DNA from: Heterodontus francisci
Taxonomy: Eukaryota
DNA: 64,000 bases
Assembly: GCF_036365525.1 (NCBI RefSeq)
Contig: NC_090421.1
Span: 7,072,725-7,136,724 of the forward strand
Direction: 5' to 3'
Positions 25,067 to 42,993 of this stretch are shown here, one piece after another. Position numbers and translations under genes: made by a program. The notes beneath the pieces are model-generated. The model was not told the DNA's origin. It saw nothing but the letters and a program-made list of their open reading frames with translations, and ran no database searches. The stretch's first letter is position 1; each line of letters begins with the position of its first letter.

Positions 25067-26614
25067 TTGTTCGGATGTATCTAATGGTGTCCTCCATGGA
25101 TCTGTATTGGCACCTCAGCTTTTCATTGCATTTCTTAATGACTAAAACAAAGGGAGAGAGCTGTATATCCAAGTTTGCGGACACTAAGTTATGCAACACA
25201 GTAAGTCATTTAGATAGAAGCAGAAAGTTGCAAATGGACATGATGGATTGAGTGGACAAAACTATGGCATATAGCATTTAATGTGGGGAAGTGCACAAAT
25301 CAGCCACTTTGAAAGATAGATCAGAGTATTTTCTAAATGGTGAAAAGCTAGAAACTGCAGAGAATCAGAGATTTAAGGGTTGGTGTACAGAAGTCACTAA
25401 AAGCAAGTGGACAAGTACAAAAAAACTAAATTAGAAAGGCTAATGGAATACGTCTATCTCAAGGGGCTGGAAGTTACACTACAGTCATATAGAACACTGA
25501 TTAGACTGCATCTGGAGTGTTGTGCTCAGCTCAGGGCACTGCACCTCAAGGAGATATTAGCCTTGGAGGAGGTGCAGCACAGATGCACCCAAATGCCAGC
25601 AGGACTAGAAAGGTTAAATTACAAACGGCAGGTTGCATAGACTGAGCTCATAGTCCCTTAAGTAAAGATTAAGGAGTGATATAATTTGATCATTTCTCTC
25701 TACCCTATTTCCTCTGGTGGGAGAGTCCAGAACAAAGGGGCATATCCCTGATATTAGAGCTAGGTCATTCATGGCTGATGTCAGGAGGCATTTCACAGAG
25801 TATTGGAAACCTGGAACTGTTGCTCAAAATGCCCCATCAATTGAAAATTTCAAAATTAAGACAGATTTTGGAGGCAAGGGTATTAAAGATCATGGAACCA
25901 AGGTAGGTCAGTGAAGTCAAGATACATATTGGCCATGGCCTAATTTAATGACGTTTAGAAGGGAGCATGGAATAGAGAGGCATAACATGAAAAAGGAAAA
26001 GGGGGGGGGGAGGAAAAATTGCAAAACACAAGTGGACAACCAAGTCAGCCATTCATATACCAGAAATGCTCACATCTTGCAGCTCATTGCAGTTACCATT
26101 TCTGCAGCAGCGCCAGGAAAGTAAAGCAAGTAACTTGGAAAGGATGCAGAATCTGTGCAGATCAGCAGCAGTACCACAGCTGATGGTAGGCCAGAGAGCT
26201 GGAGGTTCTCTTTCCCTCCAGCCCAGGAAGGTGCAAATAATAATAGCTATGATTGAGAAGTTCACAGCAGGTTGCGTTTGAGGTGGAAACTTAGGTCACG
26301 CTTTATTCGGCTCTCCAGGCCAGCTTTAGGATATAAAATATTTCTTCCTCTCCCATGGAGTGTGTGTCAAGGCAAGGTGCAGCACTCAAGATCAGCCAAG
26401 TTGAAGAATTTAACCTACAGCGCACACCATTAGATCTTAACTGGGGACATCTTTCACAGCCTCTATTCACGACTTACATTTCAAACACGACTATTTAAAT
26501 TCTGCTATAAAAAAGATTTTAGATAGCGCTTCAGTCTTAATTTCCCTCATTAATCCAAACTTAGACAGGATTAGTTTTGATTAAGAAAAATTAATTGAAA
26601 GCAATTTAAGCTCC

Positions 26615-26620
26615 TTTATT
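26615..26620 (-). terminator. Polyadenylation signal AATAAA of tubulin gene 1
   Basis: tttatt on the + strand, about 210 nt downstream of the stop codon. Confidence 0.6.
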
Positions 26621-26827
26621 GCATCTGACATGAAAAGTTATGCATAGACATAAGCAACCATGATCACATATCAAGGACAACTGTAAAGGATATAGTTACA
26701 TATCCAGCACAGTACCAATGTTGGTACTATTTCTAACACCCTGGCTGTATCACAATAACACTTGAATGAATTGAGCCTGGAGCTGAGATACAAAGCATGC
26801 TTTTGTGAATGGGAAGAGGATTCAAAG

Positions 26828-30635
<3,808 letters not shown>

Positions 30636-30699
30636 TTTTTCAAGTTATATTATCAATGAAATTGAGATTTATAAAAGATGATTGTTACTTTGCTCGACA

Positions 30700-30900
30700 G
30701 TAACGGGTCGATATAAGTAACCGAATAGGAAATATTGGCGGATCGCGCTATTTTATATTGGTGGAGGCCGGCTTTACTCCGGTCTTTCGTTGATATTGGC
30801 TGCGAGGAAGAAGTAGGGTGGCGGGAGTTGATGTCAGTCAAATTTGATTGGGCAAATATCGATATTGGAAAACACGTCAGCTTTAACGGTACAAATCCTA
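30700..30900 (-). promoter_or_regulatory. Tubulin gene 1 core promoter
   Basis: TATAAAA on the minus strand at 30751-30757, CCAAT boxes, GC-box-like gggtggcgggag and CRE-like tgatgtca/acgtca, about 120-250 nt upstream of the ATG exon. Confidence 0.65.
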
Positions 30901-31542
30901 TCTCAGGAACTGCGCAAAAAAAACCCACTGCAGAATGTACTAGAAAAGGGGCGAGTACTTTTTGCATGAGCAACTGATGAGATTTGAAGTGGAACATGTA
31001 TTTTCTTCCTCCAGCTCTACTCTTTAATTCAAAGCTTTCATGTTCCAAAGATCAAATCTTTAAAAAGTGACATTTTGAAAAGCCCTCACATTTCATCTGC
31101 TTAATATTTGTAAGAAGGGTGCAGAAAAAAGCGCAAGCACAAGTGGAAGCTTTAATAGAGTCTCAGTATATGAATCAAAATCTGTTCCCTGCAGGCATCT
31201 GCAGTCAGGGCGGGGATGAACGAGATTGCAGAATGCGGACTATGAGAAAAAGCAATTTGACCGAGCCTGCAGTTGCTGCCGAATTTACATCACACTTCCC
31301 TCATGTGTCCTTGACTCTTTATTTTAAGAATGTCAAAAAAGGACAGACGCTACACAGATTATACTAAAATTATGCCGTGCATCATTACTTTAAACATGCC
31401 CAACCTTTGCTGCATTATAAAAAATTATCCTATATTGGTTAAATGTGGTTTCAGCGTGGATAACATTCAAATAGAAGTATGCAGTGCAAAACTGCACCCA
31501 GTTCCCTTTACAAAGGGAAGATTTTGTTTGGTGAGTTAATAG

Positions 31543-33522
31543 TTTCGCGCTACTCAGGGATACGATCGCCTATGTTCGGGACAGGAGGGTGGACACCTGC
31601 CTCATCAGCCTGGGCCAGGAGGAGGCTTTTGACAGGATATCGCACACCGACATGATGGACGTGCTTTCCAAAATGGGGTTTGTGGAGGGAATCCACAATT
31701 GGATCAAACTGCTCTACACCAACATCAGTAGCGCAGTCTCAATCAACGGGTGGGAATCGGAAAGTTTCCCGATCAAATCTGGAGTCAGACAGGGCTGTCC
31801 TCTCTCCCCAGTCTTGTTTGTTTGCTGTATTGAACCCTTTGCTGAGTCTATTAGGAAGGATGTGAGCATAAGAGGGGTGACAATCCCAGGCAGCGGAGGC
31901 ACTCAGGTCAAAACCTCCCTGTACATGGATGACGTCGCCGTCTTCTGCTCGGATCCGCTGTCCGTGCGCAGACTGATGAGCATCTGCGACCAGTTCGAAC
32001 TGGCCTCGGGAGCCAAAGTTAACCACGGCAAGAGCAAGGCCATGTTCTTTGGGAACTGGGCTGACCGATCCTTTGTCCCCTTCACCGTCAGGTCAGATTA
32101 CCTGAAGGTGCTGGGGATATGGTTCGGAAGGGCCGGGGCGTGCACCAAAACCTGGGAGGAGCGAGTAGCCAAGGTACGACAAAAGTTGGGCATGTGGGGG
32201 CAGCGATCTCTCTCCATTGTGGGTAAGAACCTGTTCATCAGGTGTGGGGCGCTCACGTTGTTGCTGTACGTGGTGCAGGTCTGGCCCATACCCCACTCCT
32301 GCGCTGTGGAGGTCACCTGAGCCATTTTTCGCTTCATCTGGGGATCTAAAATGGACCGGGTCCGGAGGGACACGATGTTCAAATCTCTGGACAAGGGCGG
32401 GAAAAATGTACCCAACGTGGCCCTCATCCTGATGACCACCTTCGTGTGCGGCTGCATCAAGCTGTGTGTAGATCTCCAGTACGCAAACTCCAAGTGTCAC
32501 TACGTTCTGAGGTTCTATCTGTCCCCGGTGTTGCGAAGGATGGGCCTGGTCACATTGCCGCGGAACGCTCCATGCAGTTGGACCGTGCCGTACCACCTAT
32601 CCTTCGTGGAAAGGTTTCTGCGGGAAAACACCTTTGACCACCGGTCCATCAGGCAGTGGTCTGCACGGAATGTCCTCAAGGCCCTACGGGAAAAGGAGAC
32701 GGGGGATCCTGTCGGATGGTTCCCCGAGCAGACCGTCAAAGTCATTTGGCGGAATGCCTCATCACCAGAACTTTCAAACAAGCACCAAGATGTAGCTTGG
32801 CTGGTGGTGAGAAGGGCCCTCCCCGTCTGATCCTTCCTGCACACCCGAAGTCTCGCCCCCTCCACACAATGCCCCCGCGGTGGCTGTGGTGGGGAAGAGA
32901 CGGTTGCCCACCTCCTCCTGGAATGTGTCTTTGCAAAGCAGGTGTGGAAAGAGATGCAGTGGTTTTTGTCGAGGTTCATCCCAAGCAGCTCTGTAACACA
33001 GGAGTCCGTGCTCTACGGGCTGTTCCCAGGGACGCACACCGAGACAAACATCAACTGCTGCTGGAGGACTATCAATTCGGTGAAAGACGCCCTTTGGTCT
33101 GCCCGAAACTTGCTGGTCTTCCAGCGCAAAGAGTTGTCCACGACCGAATGTTGCAGACTGGCACATTCCAAGGTCCAGGACTACATGCTGAGGGACGCAC
33201 TAAAGCTTGGGACAGCCGCAAGAAAGGCTCAATGGGGAAAGACCACAGTGTAAGGTCCCCCCAGCACGCTGAACTGAGGGGCTGGATCCATGGGAAACCC
33301 CTCAAACTGTATCGGGAAAATTTTGTGTGCTGTAAATGTAAAAATGTATATGGCATGACAATGAAATGGAAGGGTTGTGAGGCAACTCATGATTGTATTG
33401 AAGGAAACTGATCATCTTTGCACTGTTTGTATTTTTTGACTTGATGCTGTTTTAAACTGTTTGGGAATGTAATTTTTACAGATTTTTATGAATAAAGTAT
33501 ATTTTGAATATATAAAAAAAAA
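31543..33522 (+). mobile_element. 5'-truncated Tx1-clade (L1 superfamily) LINE about 0.9 kb upstream of tubulin gene 1
   Basis: RT motifs GVRQGCPLSP and YMDD, C-terminal CPRGGCGGEETVAHLLLEC, in-frame stops, aataaagtatattttg plus poly(A). TSD AGTTAATAG at 31534-31542 and 33523-33531. Confidence 0.88.
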
Positions 33523-34064
33523 AGTTAATAGACTTAAAAGCATCAGATTTTAACCTTCTGTCTCATTGGTAGCATTCTCGTCTCTGAATCAGAGATTGTG
33601 GATTCAAGTCCCACTCCAGAGATTTAAGCAGTGGAACCTGTCTAGGGTGTCTGAGGAACTATAAAATAACAGTGATGACGAAAACAAAAAAAACTTCCAG
33701 TATTTACAGTAACATTTCAGGAGGGTATCAAAGACAAAGTCTAAAGCCAAAAATTCAACTATAGAGAAATATTATTGGATACATAAGTATAAATTACAAA
33801 GAACATAGCTTGTATAGTATCTGATAAACCTGCGTGTCACATGCCCTATTAATATGCATTTGCTGTATTACAATATTCAATATAAGATACTTTTTATATG
33901 TTTAAATGTGAAACTGCACCCAATTCCCTTTACAGAGATTTTTTTTGGTGAGTTCATTGAAAAGCATCAGACGTCAGACCTCTGTCTCAGTGGTAGCATT
34001 CTTACCTCTGCATCAGAGATGGTGGATTTAACCCCCACTCGAGATTTAAGCACGTAATCTCGGC

Positions 34065-34785
34065 CAATGGTTCTCAAACCTTTTTGAGTGAAGGAGCTCT
34101 TTTCAAATGGATTCATAATCATTGATCTCCCATCAAAATTATAATATAGAATGCTCATAATATGAAATACTGCACCTAAAGGGTGTTTTAATAATGTAGC
34201 ACCTTTTACAAACTGTTGATTCTAATTCTAATAGCAGCAGTAAATTCTGCACTAATATGGCCTAAAATATGTTTTTTCCCACCAAAAGGTCTAGAATTCT
34301 AGCATCCCCCGTCTCACCCCAAATCTGGAGAATAGCAGAAGTTAAAGACACACACTATTATCAATCAACTTTCTGGCATCCACCACCTGCTAATCTTTGT
34401 GCTGTTTTCAGCGCTCCTCCATGCGCACTCCCGTCCTTGGTGAGACAGCCAGCCCACACTCCCCTTCTTCCTCCTGACTTGCACCAAGCCTGCCTTACTC
34501 TTATCTCAACCACAGCACCACTCTGGAAGTAATTGTAAACTGTACAGTTCTCAAGATCCAAAATACAACAGAAGTTTCTTCTGTGCTAACCATTATAAGT
34601 CATTATACAATGATTCCATTTGAAAATAATTGTGGTGCAGCATTATTGTTATTGTCAGATGACCCTCTGCCACTGTTGTAAAATATGTTCAGCAAAAGCC
34701 CAGGAACATTATTGATTATTTCGCAGACCCCCTAGAAAGTGTCTATGGACCCCTGGGATCCATGACCCCTGTTTGAGAACCATTT
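34065..34785. mobile_element. hAT-Charlie MITE
   Basis: TIRs CAATGGTTCTCAAAC / GTTTGAGAACCATTT; 8-bp TSD ATCTCGGC / ATCTAGGC, of the Charlie NTCTAGAN type. Confidence 0.8.
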
Positions 34786-37119
34786 ATCTAGGCCATCTCA
34801 GGATCTATAAACAAAAAAGGACAGATGATGAAAACAAACAACCATCCAGTATTTACAGTAACATTTCTGAAGGGCATCAAGAATATTGGATACGTATATA
34901 TAAATTACAAAGAACATAGCTTGCATAGTATCTGATAAACCTGAGTGTCACATGCCCCACAAGTATGCTGAGACAAATTTTCTGGGAGTTTAGTGCACCA
35001 CTGTAGCCTATTCCTCACACATACTGGAAGGGATCATAAGCGATGCACTTTTGATCACTGGGAAGGAAGGGGCCATTAGAAAGTCACAACACGGCTTCCG
35101 GAAAAATAAATTGTGCTGTGCAAATTGGATAGTTTTTGAAGGAAGTCACCAGGGAAGTGGATGAGAAAAATCCAATAGGCATTGTCCACCTAGATTTTCA
35201 GAAAACCTTTTGTCAGGTACCTCACATTAGGTTACTTCACAAGATCGAATCTTGTATCAGTAGCAATTTGAAATACTGACATAGGAATTGGCACCAATCC
35301 AAAATGTTGTAGTTAATAGATGTGTCTCAGCCTGGAGACGTATTACTAGTGGTGTCCCCCACGGGTCAGTCCTCGGCCCACTACACTTCACGGTCTTTGT
35401 TAATGATCTGGACGATGATGTTGGGAGTATGGTTCGTAAATTTGCAGATATATCAAAATCTGGCAAATGGCATTAAACTTAGATAAATGTTGCATCATGC
35501 ATGTTGGTTGTGGCCAACATAGAAAACACATATCATTTGCAGGGAACATTACTTAAAGAGGTTGAGAGATCTAGGTTATTGTGTACAGATCAGTGACGGA
35601 TGTAGAGAAGCTGTAGCTAAAGCTAATAGGGTATTGGGTTGTATTAATAGAACCATTCATTATAAATCAAAGGAAATAATTCAGTCATTACACAGGTCAT
35701 TGGTTCAACCACATCTGGAGGATTGGTCAATTAAGTGTCTAATCATGATGCCCTGGCCATCATGGTGTGGGGCAGGCTTGATGGACCAATTGGCCTCTTT
35801 CTGCCCATCAATTTCTCTTTCCCATCGCCGATTTTCTTCATTCCACCACTGGCGGCTGTGCCTTCAACTATCTAGGCCCTAAGCTCTGGAATACTCTCCC
35901 AACCTCTCTTCTCCTTTAAGATGCTCGTTAAATCATTAAAACCTATCTCTTTGGCTAAGCTTTTGGTCACCTGTCCTAACATCTCCTTATATGTCTTGGT
36001 GTTAAAATTCGTTGAATGCTCCTGTGGAGTCCCTTTGGATGTCTTACTACATTAAAGGTGCTATATAAATGCAAATCATTGTTGTTGAAGTAATGACAGA
36101 AAATTGGAGTTGGAATGCACATAGTTAATAAAATGGTGGATTTGCTCATTGGACAGAATAGCTTACTCCTGTTCCTATATATGTTCCTAGGTACAAATTC
36201 CAGATAAGGGAAAAATTCAAATTTCTAGGTGCCGGCTTCCCAACACTTGAGGCTCACATGGAGAGCCACAGTTTGGTATGGTAAACAAGCTTTGGAACTA
36301 AATCCCAGCCTGAGGTAAAAATTCTCCTTTAATCTTTCATTGAGTTTGAAAAATATTGGTTTTATTTCTGAAATTACTTTAAACTAGTCAAATGTGTCAA
36401 TCGTGCAACATTTTAAAAGCCTGACTGCGCTTTGTTTTCTCTTCCAATTTGTTCCATGGATGCTCGTTGCTCTCTTGTACCTTGACTAAGTGCCCGTTAT
36501 TAATGTGTGACCCCAGGCAGTGAATGTTAAGCTTTTCAACATGTATCTACCATACAAATTTTCCATGAGATCACACTTGATTTTGGTATTGGCAAGTTGA
36601 TTGACATTCTACTCTTTACCATGCATCATAGTGCCCAAGTCATGTGGTGCTAGGTTGCTTGGGATGAAAAGTTCAGGATGAAGTAATATTAACTATGGAT
36701 CAGTGGGATTTTTGAGACCATTGCCCAAATTTTCTGCTCTTGTGATTTAGGGAAATGGGACTGTGCTTTCAGTTTATAACTCAGTAAAGACATTTGAGGG
36801 CTGATTCGATCCACATTTCACATGCTGCTCTCAAGGGTAGTACAGCTCAACCCATTTTGTATTACATGGGTGCTGGCAGCTTTCGGTACTTCAGCCCAAG
36901 TGGTTACTCTTCATGTGTGAGCATAGTGGAATATTGCATGCAATTCTGGTCACTACACTACCAGAAGGACGGTGGAGGCTTTGGAGAGGGTACATAATGC
37001 TCTGCTCCTCTTACCCCTTCCCTTCTGAGCAACAGGGACAGACTCTGCGCCAGAGACCTGTATCCCATTGCCTACCCCTGGTAAGTCGTCTCCCCCAACA
37101 GTATCCAAAACGGTATACC

Positions 37120-37770
37120 TGTTGTTCACCAATGCCCTGTATAACTGAAGCATAACATCCTTACTTTTATTTTCAATTCTTCTCATCATAAAGGATAGCA
37201 TTCCATTAGCCTTCTTTATTCATTGCTGCAGTTTTGGTCACCTTATTTAAGGAAGGATATGAATGCGTTGGAGGTGGTTCAGAGGAGGTTTACTAGATTG
37301 ATACCTGGAATGAGCGGGTTGTCTTTTGAGTACAAGTTGGACAGACTGGGCTTGTTTTCACTGGAATTTAGAAGAGTGAGTGGAGACTTGATTGAAGTAC
37401 ATAAGATCAAGAATGGTCTTGACAAGGTGGATGTGGAAAGGATGTTTCCTCTTGTGGGTGAGTCCATAACGAGGGGGCACCATTTTAAAATTTGGATTGC
37501 CCTTTTAAGACAGAGATGAGGAGAAATTTTTTCTCTGAGGGTTGTGCGACTTTGGAGCACTCTACCTCAGAAGGTGGTGGAGGCAGGGTCATTGAATAAT
37601 TTTAAGGTGGGGGTAGATAGATTCTTGTTAGGCAAGGGAATCAAAGGTTATCGTGGGTAGATGGGAGTGTGGAATTCCAGACACACACACATCAGCCATG
37701 ATCTTCTTGAAAGGCGGAGCAGGCTAGAGGGGTCGAATGGCCTACTTCTCATAATTCGTGTTCGTATGTT
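37120..37770. mobile_element. CR1 3' fragment(s)
   Basis: QFWSPYLRKDMNALEVVQRRFTRLIPG on the + strand, with an adjacent inverted piece at about 37125-37220. Confidence 0.7.
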
Positions 37771-37774
37771 TGTA

Positions 37775-38091
37775 TCATGGGATATCTCTCCCTGCTGCAC
37801 AAACTCCTTAGCATTAAATGTGGCCATTTCTTTTGTTCCTAGCACTGTAGAGGAAAACAGAAGAGTACAAGAAAACCTGTTTGTTTACCCTTCCACAATT
37901 TAGAGGTCAATTTTCCCTCCCGTTTTCCAAATTTCCCGTTTGTCTGGCAGTTCAGATCCCAGACAAGCCCCCAATTGGTTACGGCCACCTGGTGAGGGTG
38001 GTTTGCACTGTTCAACTCCCACCTGACTGCAGCAAGTATTTTTTGGTTATGAGGGTATAACCCTAACTTGTTTTATTTGTCAAATGAACAG
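37775..38091 (-). mobile_element. Gypsy fragment (LTR end, PBS region and gag start) related to the 53-58 kb element
   Basis: MATFNAKEFVQQGEISHD parallels MATFNTEEFVGQGGISHD at about 57345, and the flanking sequence aligns with 57300-57600. Confidence 0.65.
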
Positions 38092-38438
38092 CTGCCTTGT
38101 GGGCGTCTCGGGAGAGACCACGGCTAAGGGAGTAAACCCTAACAGAAAATCCGGAGTGGAACCCCGTAGGCGGTCATGTGTCACCTTTGGCATGTTTCCG
38201 GCAGTTCCTGCAGCCATACCGGTGCCAAACGTCGTGCTCTGCACTCCTTTGGACCCCACCAGAAAGGCCGAGAGGGGGGTTTTGACGCTTGGGCAACTCT
38301 CAACCTCCATACATTCGCCCAGGCATGCGCCATGGAGAGGTCACTCCATAGTTGCCTCACAGCGACTGACACCACTGACCACCTCTAGGCGCTTACCCAT
38401 TGTCTCTCGAGACAAGGAGGCCAAAGAAGAAGAAGAAG
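38092..38438 (+). mobile_element. Bipartite non-autonomous RTE derivative (5' UTR segment fused to the 3' tail)
   Basis: 38092-38367 matches 5547-5822; 38371-38438 matches the RTE 3' end from 9251 and ends in (GAA)n. Confidence 0.85.
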
Positions 38439-39561
38439 TGTCAACAGGTTATTTGATTGTGTGTGGGTGAGATGGGGGTGGGGGTTGTTCTCACAATGCC
38501 TTATCCTGTCTTCCCACCTGTAAACACCTTCCAGTTGAGTTCACTGTACAGTAAGCAGGAGCTTTTTAACCCAGGCCTATACTGCTACTCCAGCTGAGAT
38601 CAGCTATCTCAGTACAGACCAGGTACTGACGTTCATAGACTGGGTTTACATGTTAAGAATGACCACCTGGGTGAGGTACTAGGTGCACATTGAACTATAC
38701 CTGAACAACAGTGAGTCAGTGCTGCTGATCAGTGTACCGAAACATCTGTTGAGCTCTCCCAAATGATACATTTATCTCCTGGATGTTTCTTTTCTAATGT
38801 GCTCTCAGTTCAGAGGGATCAATGTATGAGCTTTCTTCATTTTCAAATCAGAACTAGAGTCACTGCTTAAGAGGTTTTTCTGTTTAAAAGAAAAATTGTT
38901 CTGATTCAACATTATATATGTTATTACATAAGAATCTTTAAAGTTAGACTCAAATAAGCCAGTCGTAGACCATGATGGCATGTAATATTGCAAACTTACA
39001 TTTCATAAACCTTAATTTTTGTTCATTAATTATGCATCTTCAGATGTCTTCAATCATTAATTCTAAGCTTGGATATGTTTATTTGCAACAAGATGTTTAA
39101 CTGGTTGCTGGTATGTTGTGATATAATACCAACAGTAAATTTTGTCTAAAGGATGCTCTTTTCCTTGTCCGAAGGTGAGCACACACTCAGCATTTGCCAC
39201 AGAATAGCTGATAAAGATATCTGAAAGTGAGTGGATATAAGGCAGCATGTTTGCACCCCCAAAATTAAAGTGACTGTAGAAAGTGGTGGTTCCTCAAATG
39301 TCTTTCCCACCCCTTCCTGAAAACACTGTCTTCTTGCTAAGGTTGGTTTGTGGGTGTCTTCCAATTCAGAACATAAAAACATAAGATCAGGAATAGGCCA
39401 TTTGGCCCTTCGAGCCTGCTCCACCATTCAACAAGATCACGGTTGATCATCGACCTCAACTCCACCTTCCTGCACTACCCCTATATCCCTTACTATCTAA
39501 AAATCTATCAATGTCTTGAATATATTCAACGACTGAGCATCCACAGCTCTGGGGCAGGGAA

Positions 39562-41555
39562 GGTTAACTAAAACAGTTAAAGATAGTATCAAACCGAAAG
39601 AATAAGCCTATAATTGCGCAAAGATGGGAGGCAGGTCAGATGATTGGACAAAATATAAAAAACAGCAAAGAATGACTAAAAGATTGATAAGGAAGGTAAA
39701 ATTAGAGTACAAGAGAAAGCGATCTAGAAATATAAAGACAGATAGTAAGAGTTTCTGTAGATATTTAAAAAAGAAAAGAGTTAACAAAGTGAGCGTTGGT
39801 CTGGGGAATTAATAATGGATAATAAGGAGATGGCAGATGAATTGAACAGATACTTTGTATCCGTCTTCACTATTGAGGATACAAGTAACATCCCAGTATT
39901 AGCTGTACGTCAGGAAATGGAAGGGAGGGAGGAACTCAAGAAAATTACAATCACCAGGGAAGTGGTACTGAACAAATTGTTGGAGCTGCAGGCTGATAAG
40001 TCCCCGGGTCCTGATGGACTTCATCCTAGGGTGTTAAAAGAAGTGGCTAGTGAGATGCGTTAGTTTTAATTTTCCAAAATTCCCGAGATTCAGGGAAGGT
40101 CCCGTTAAATTGGAAAATAGCGAATGTAACTCCTTTATTCAAAAAAGTAGGGAGACAGAAAGCAGGAAACTGCAGGCCAGTTAGCTTAACATCTGTCTTA
40201 GGGAAAATGTTAGAAGCTATTATTAAAGACGTTATAGCAGGGCATTTAGAAAAATTCAAGGTAATCAGGCAGAGTCAACATGGTTTTGTGAAAGGGAAAT
40301 CATGTTTAACCAATTTATTGGAGTTCTTTGAGGGAGTTTCATGTGCTGTGGATAAAGGAGAACCAGTGGATGTATTGTACTTAGATTTCCAGAAGGCATT
40401 TGATAAGGTGCCACATCAAAGGTTATTGCAGAAAATAAAAGTTCATGGTGGAGGGGGTAATATATTGGCATGGAGGAAGGTTGGCTAGCTAACAGGAAAC
40501 GAGTAAGCATAAATGGGTAATTTTCTGGTTGGCAAGATGTAATGAGTGGTGTGCTACAGGGATTTGTGCTGGGGCCTCAACTTTTTACGATTTATATAAA
40601 TGACTTAGATGAAGGGACTGAAGGTATGGTTGCTAAATTTGCTGATGACACAAAGATAGGTCGGAAAGTAACTTGCGAAGAGGACATAAGGAGGCTACAA
40701 AGGGATAATAGATAGGTTAAGTGAATGGGCAAAGACCTGGCAAATGGAGTATAATGTGGGAAAGTGTGAAATTGTCCACTTTGGCAGGAAGAATAAAAAA
40801 GCATTTTATCTAAATGGTGAGAGATTGCAGAGCTCTGAGATGCAGAGGGATCTGGGTGTCCTAGTGCATGAATTACAAAAGGTTAGTATGCAGGTACAGC
40901 ACGTAATTAGGAAAGCTAATAGAATATTATTGTTTATCGCGAGGGGAATTGAATACAAAAGTAGGGAGGTTATGCTTCAGCTATACAGGGCATTGGTGAG
41001 ACCACATCTGGAGTACTGTGTACAGTACTGGTCTCCTTATTTAAGGAAGGATGGAAATGCATTGGAGGCAGTACAGAGAAGGTTTACTAGACTAATACTT
41101 GGAATGGGCAGGCTGTCTTACAAGGAAAGATTGGACAGGCTAGGCTTGTATCCGCTGGAATTTAGAAGAGTAAGAGGCAACTTGATTGAAACAGCCCGAG
41201 GGGTCTTGACAGGGTGAATGTGGAAAGGATGTTTCCCCTTATGGGAGAATCTAGAACTAGGGGTCACTGTTTAAAAATAAGGGGTTGCCCATTTAAGACA
41301 GAGATGAGGAGAAATTTTTTCTTTCAGAGGATCGTGAGTCTTTGGAATTCTCTTCCTCAAAAGGCGTTAGAAGCAGAGTCTTTGAATATTTTTAAGGCAG
41401 AGGTAGATAGATTCTTGATAAGCAAGGGGGTGGAAGGTTATCGGAGGTAGGTGGAAACATGGAGTAATCAGTTCAGCCATGATTTTATTGAATGGTGGAG
41501 CAGGCTCGAAGGGCTGAGTGGCCTACTCCTGCTTCCAATTCATACGTTCATATGT
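39562..41555 (+). mobile_element. CR1 LINE ORF2, decayed, nested in a minus-strand CR1 remnant (about 39368-43620)
   Basis: Frameshifted ORFs with PGPDG, QHGFVKG, DFQKAFD, FADD and LVRPHLEYC. Confidence 0.85.
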
Positions 41556-41726
41556 AATTCCGAAGATTCACAACCCTTTGAGTGAAGAAATTTCTCATCT
41601 CAGTACGAAATGATCAACCCCTTATTCTGGGACGGAGACCTCATGTTCTAGATTCCCCAGCCAGGGTAACATTTTCTCAGCATCTACCCTGCTAAGCCCC
41701 TTGAAATTTGTTTCAATTAGATCACC

Positions 41727-42993
41727 AGAAAAGATCGGATGTCCACCAAAGCTACTAAGTATCATCACCTCATTCCATGACAATATGAAAGACACAGTTC
41801 AGCATAGCGGCACCTCATCAGACCCCTTTCCTATCCTGAGTGGCGTGAAACAGGGCTCTGTTCATGCACCCACACTGTTTGGGATTTTCTTCTCCCTGCT
41901 GCTCTCACATGCGTTCAAGTCTTCAGAAGAAGGAATTTTCCTCCACACAATATCAGGGGGCAGGTTGTTCAACCTTGCCCATCTAAGAGCGAAGACCAAA
42001 GTACGGAAAGTCCTCATCAGGGAACTCCTCTTTGCTGGCGATGCTGCTTTAACATCTCACACTGAAGAGTGTCTGCAGAATCTCATCGACAGGTTTGCGG
42101 CTGCCTGCAACGAATTTGGCCTAACCATCAGCCTCAAGAAAACAATCATGGGACAGGACGTTAGAAATGCTCCATCCATCAATATCAGCGACCTCTGGAA
42201 GTGGTTCAAGAGTTCACCTACCTAGGCTCAACTATCACCAGTAACCTGTCTCTCGATGCAGAAATCAACAAGCACATGGGAAAGGCTTCCACTGCTATGT
42301 CCAGACTGGCCAAGAGAGTGTGGAAAAATGGCGCATTGACACGGAACACAAAAGTCCGAGTGTATCAAGCCTGTGTCCTCAGTACCTTGCTCTACGGCAG
42401 CGAGGCCTGGACAACGTATGTCAGCCAAGAGCGACGTCTCAATTCATTCCATCTTCGCTGCCTCCGGAGAATACTTGGCATCAGGACCGTATCTCCAACA
42501 CAGAAGTCCTTGAGGCGGCCAACATCCCCAGCTTATACACACTACTGAGTCAGCGGCGCTTGAGATGGCTTGGCCATGTGAGCCGCATGGAAGTTGGCAG
42601 GATCCCCAAAGACACATTGTACAGCGAGCTCGTCACTGATATCAGACCCACCGGCCGTCCACGTCTCCGCTTTAAAGACGTCTGCAAACGCGACATGAAG
42701 TCCTGTGACATTGATCACAAGTCATGGGAGTCAGTTGCCAGCGATCGCCAGAGCTGGCGGGGCTAAAGTGTGGCGAGTCGAAGAGACTTAGCAGTTGGCA
42801 GGAAAAAAGACAGAAGCGCAAGGGGAGAGCCAACTGTGTAACAGCTCCGACAAACAATTTTTTCTGCAGCACCTGTCGAAGAGTTTGTCACTCTAATATT
42901 GGCCTTTATAGTCACTCCAGGCGCTGCTCCACAAACCACTGACCACCTCCAGGCGCTTACCCATGGTCTCTCGAGACAAGGAGGCCAAAGAAG
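41727..42993 (+). mobile_element. 5'-truncated, frameshifted RTE copy
   Basis: Matches about 8013-9309. TSD AGATCACC at 41719-41726 and 42994-43001. FADD is mutated to FAGD. Inserted into a minus-strand CR1 remnant. Confidence 0.9.
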
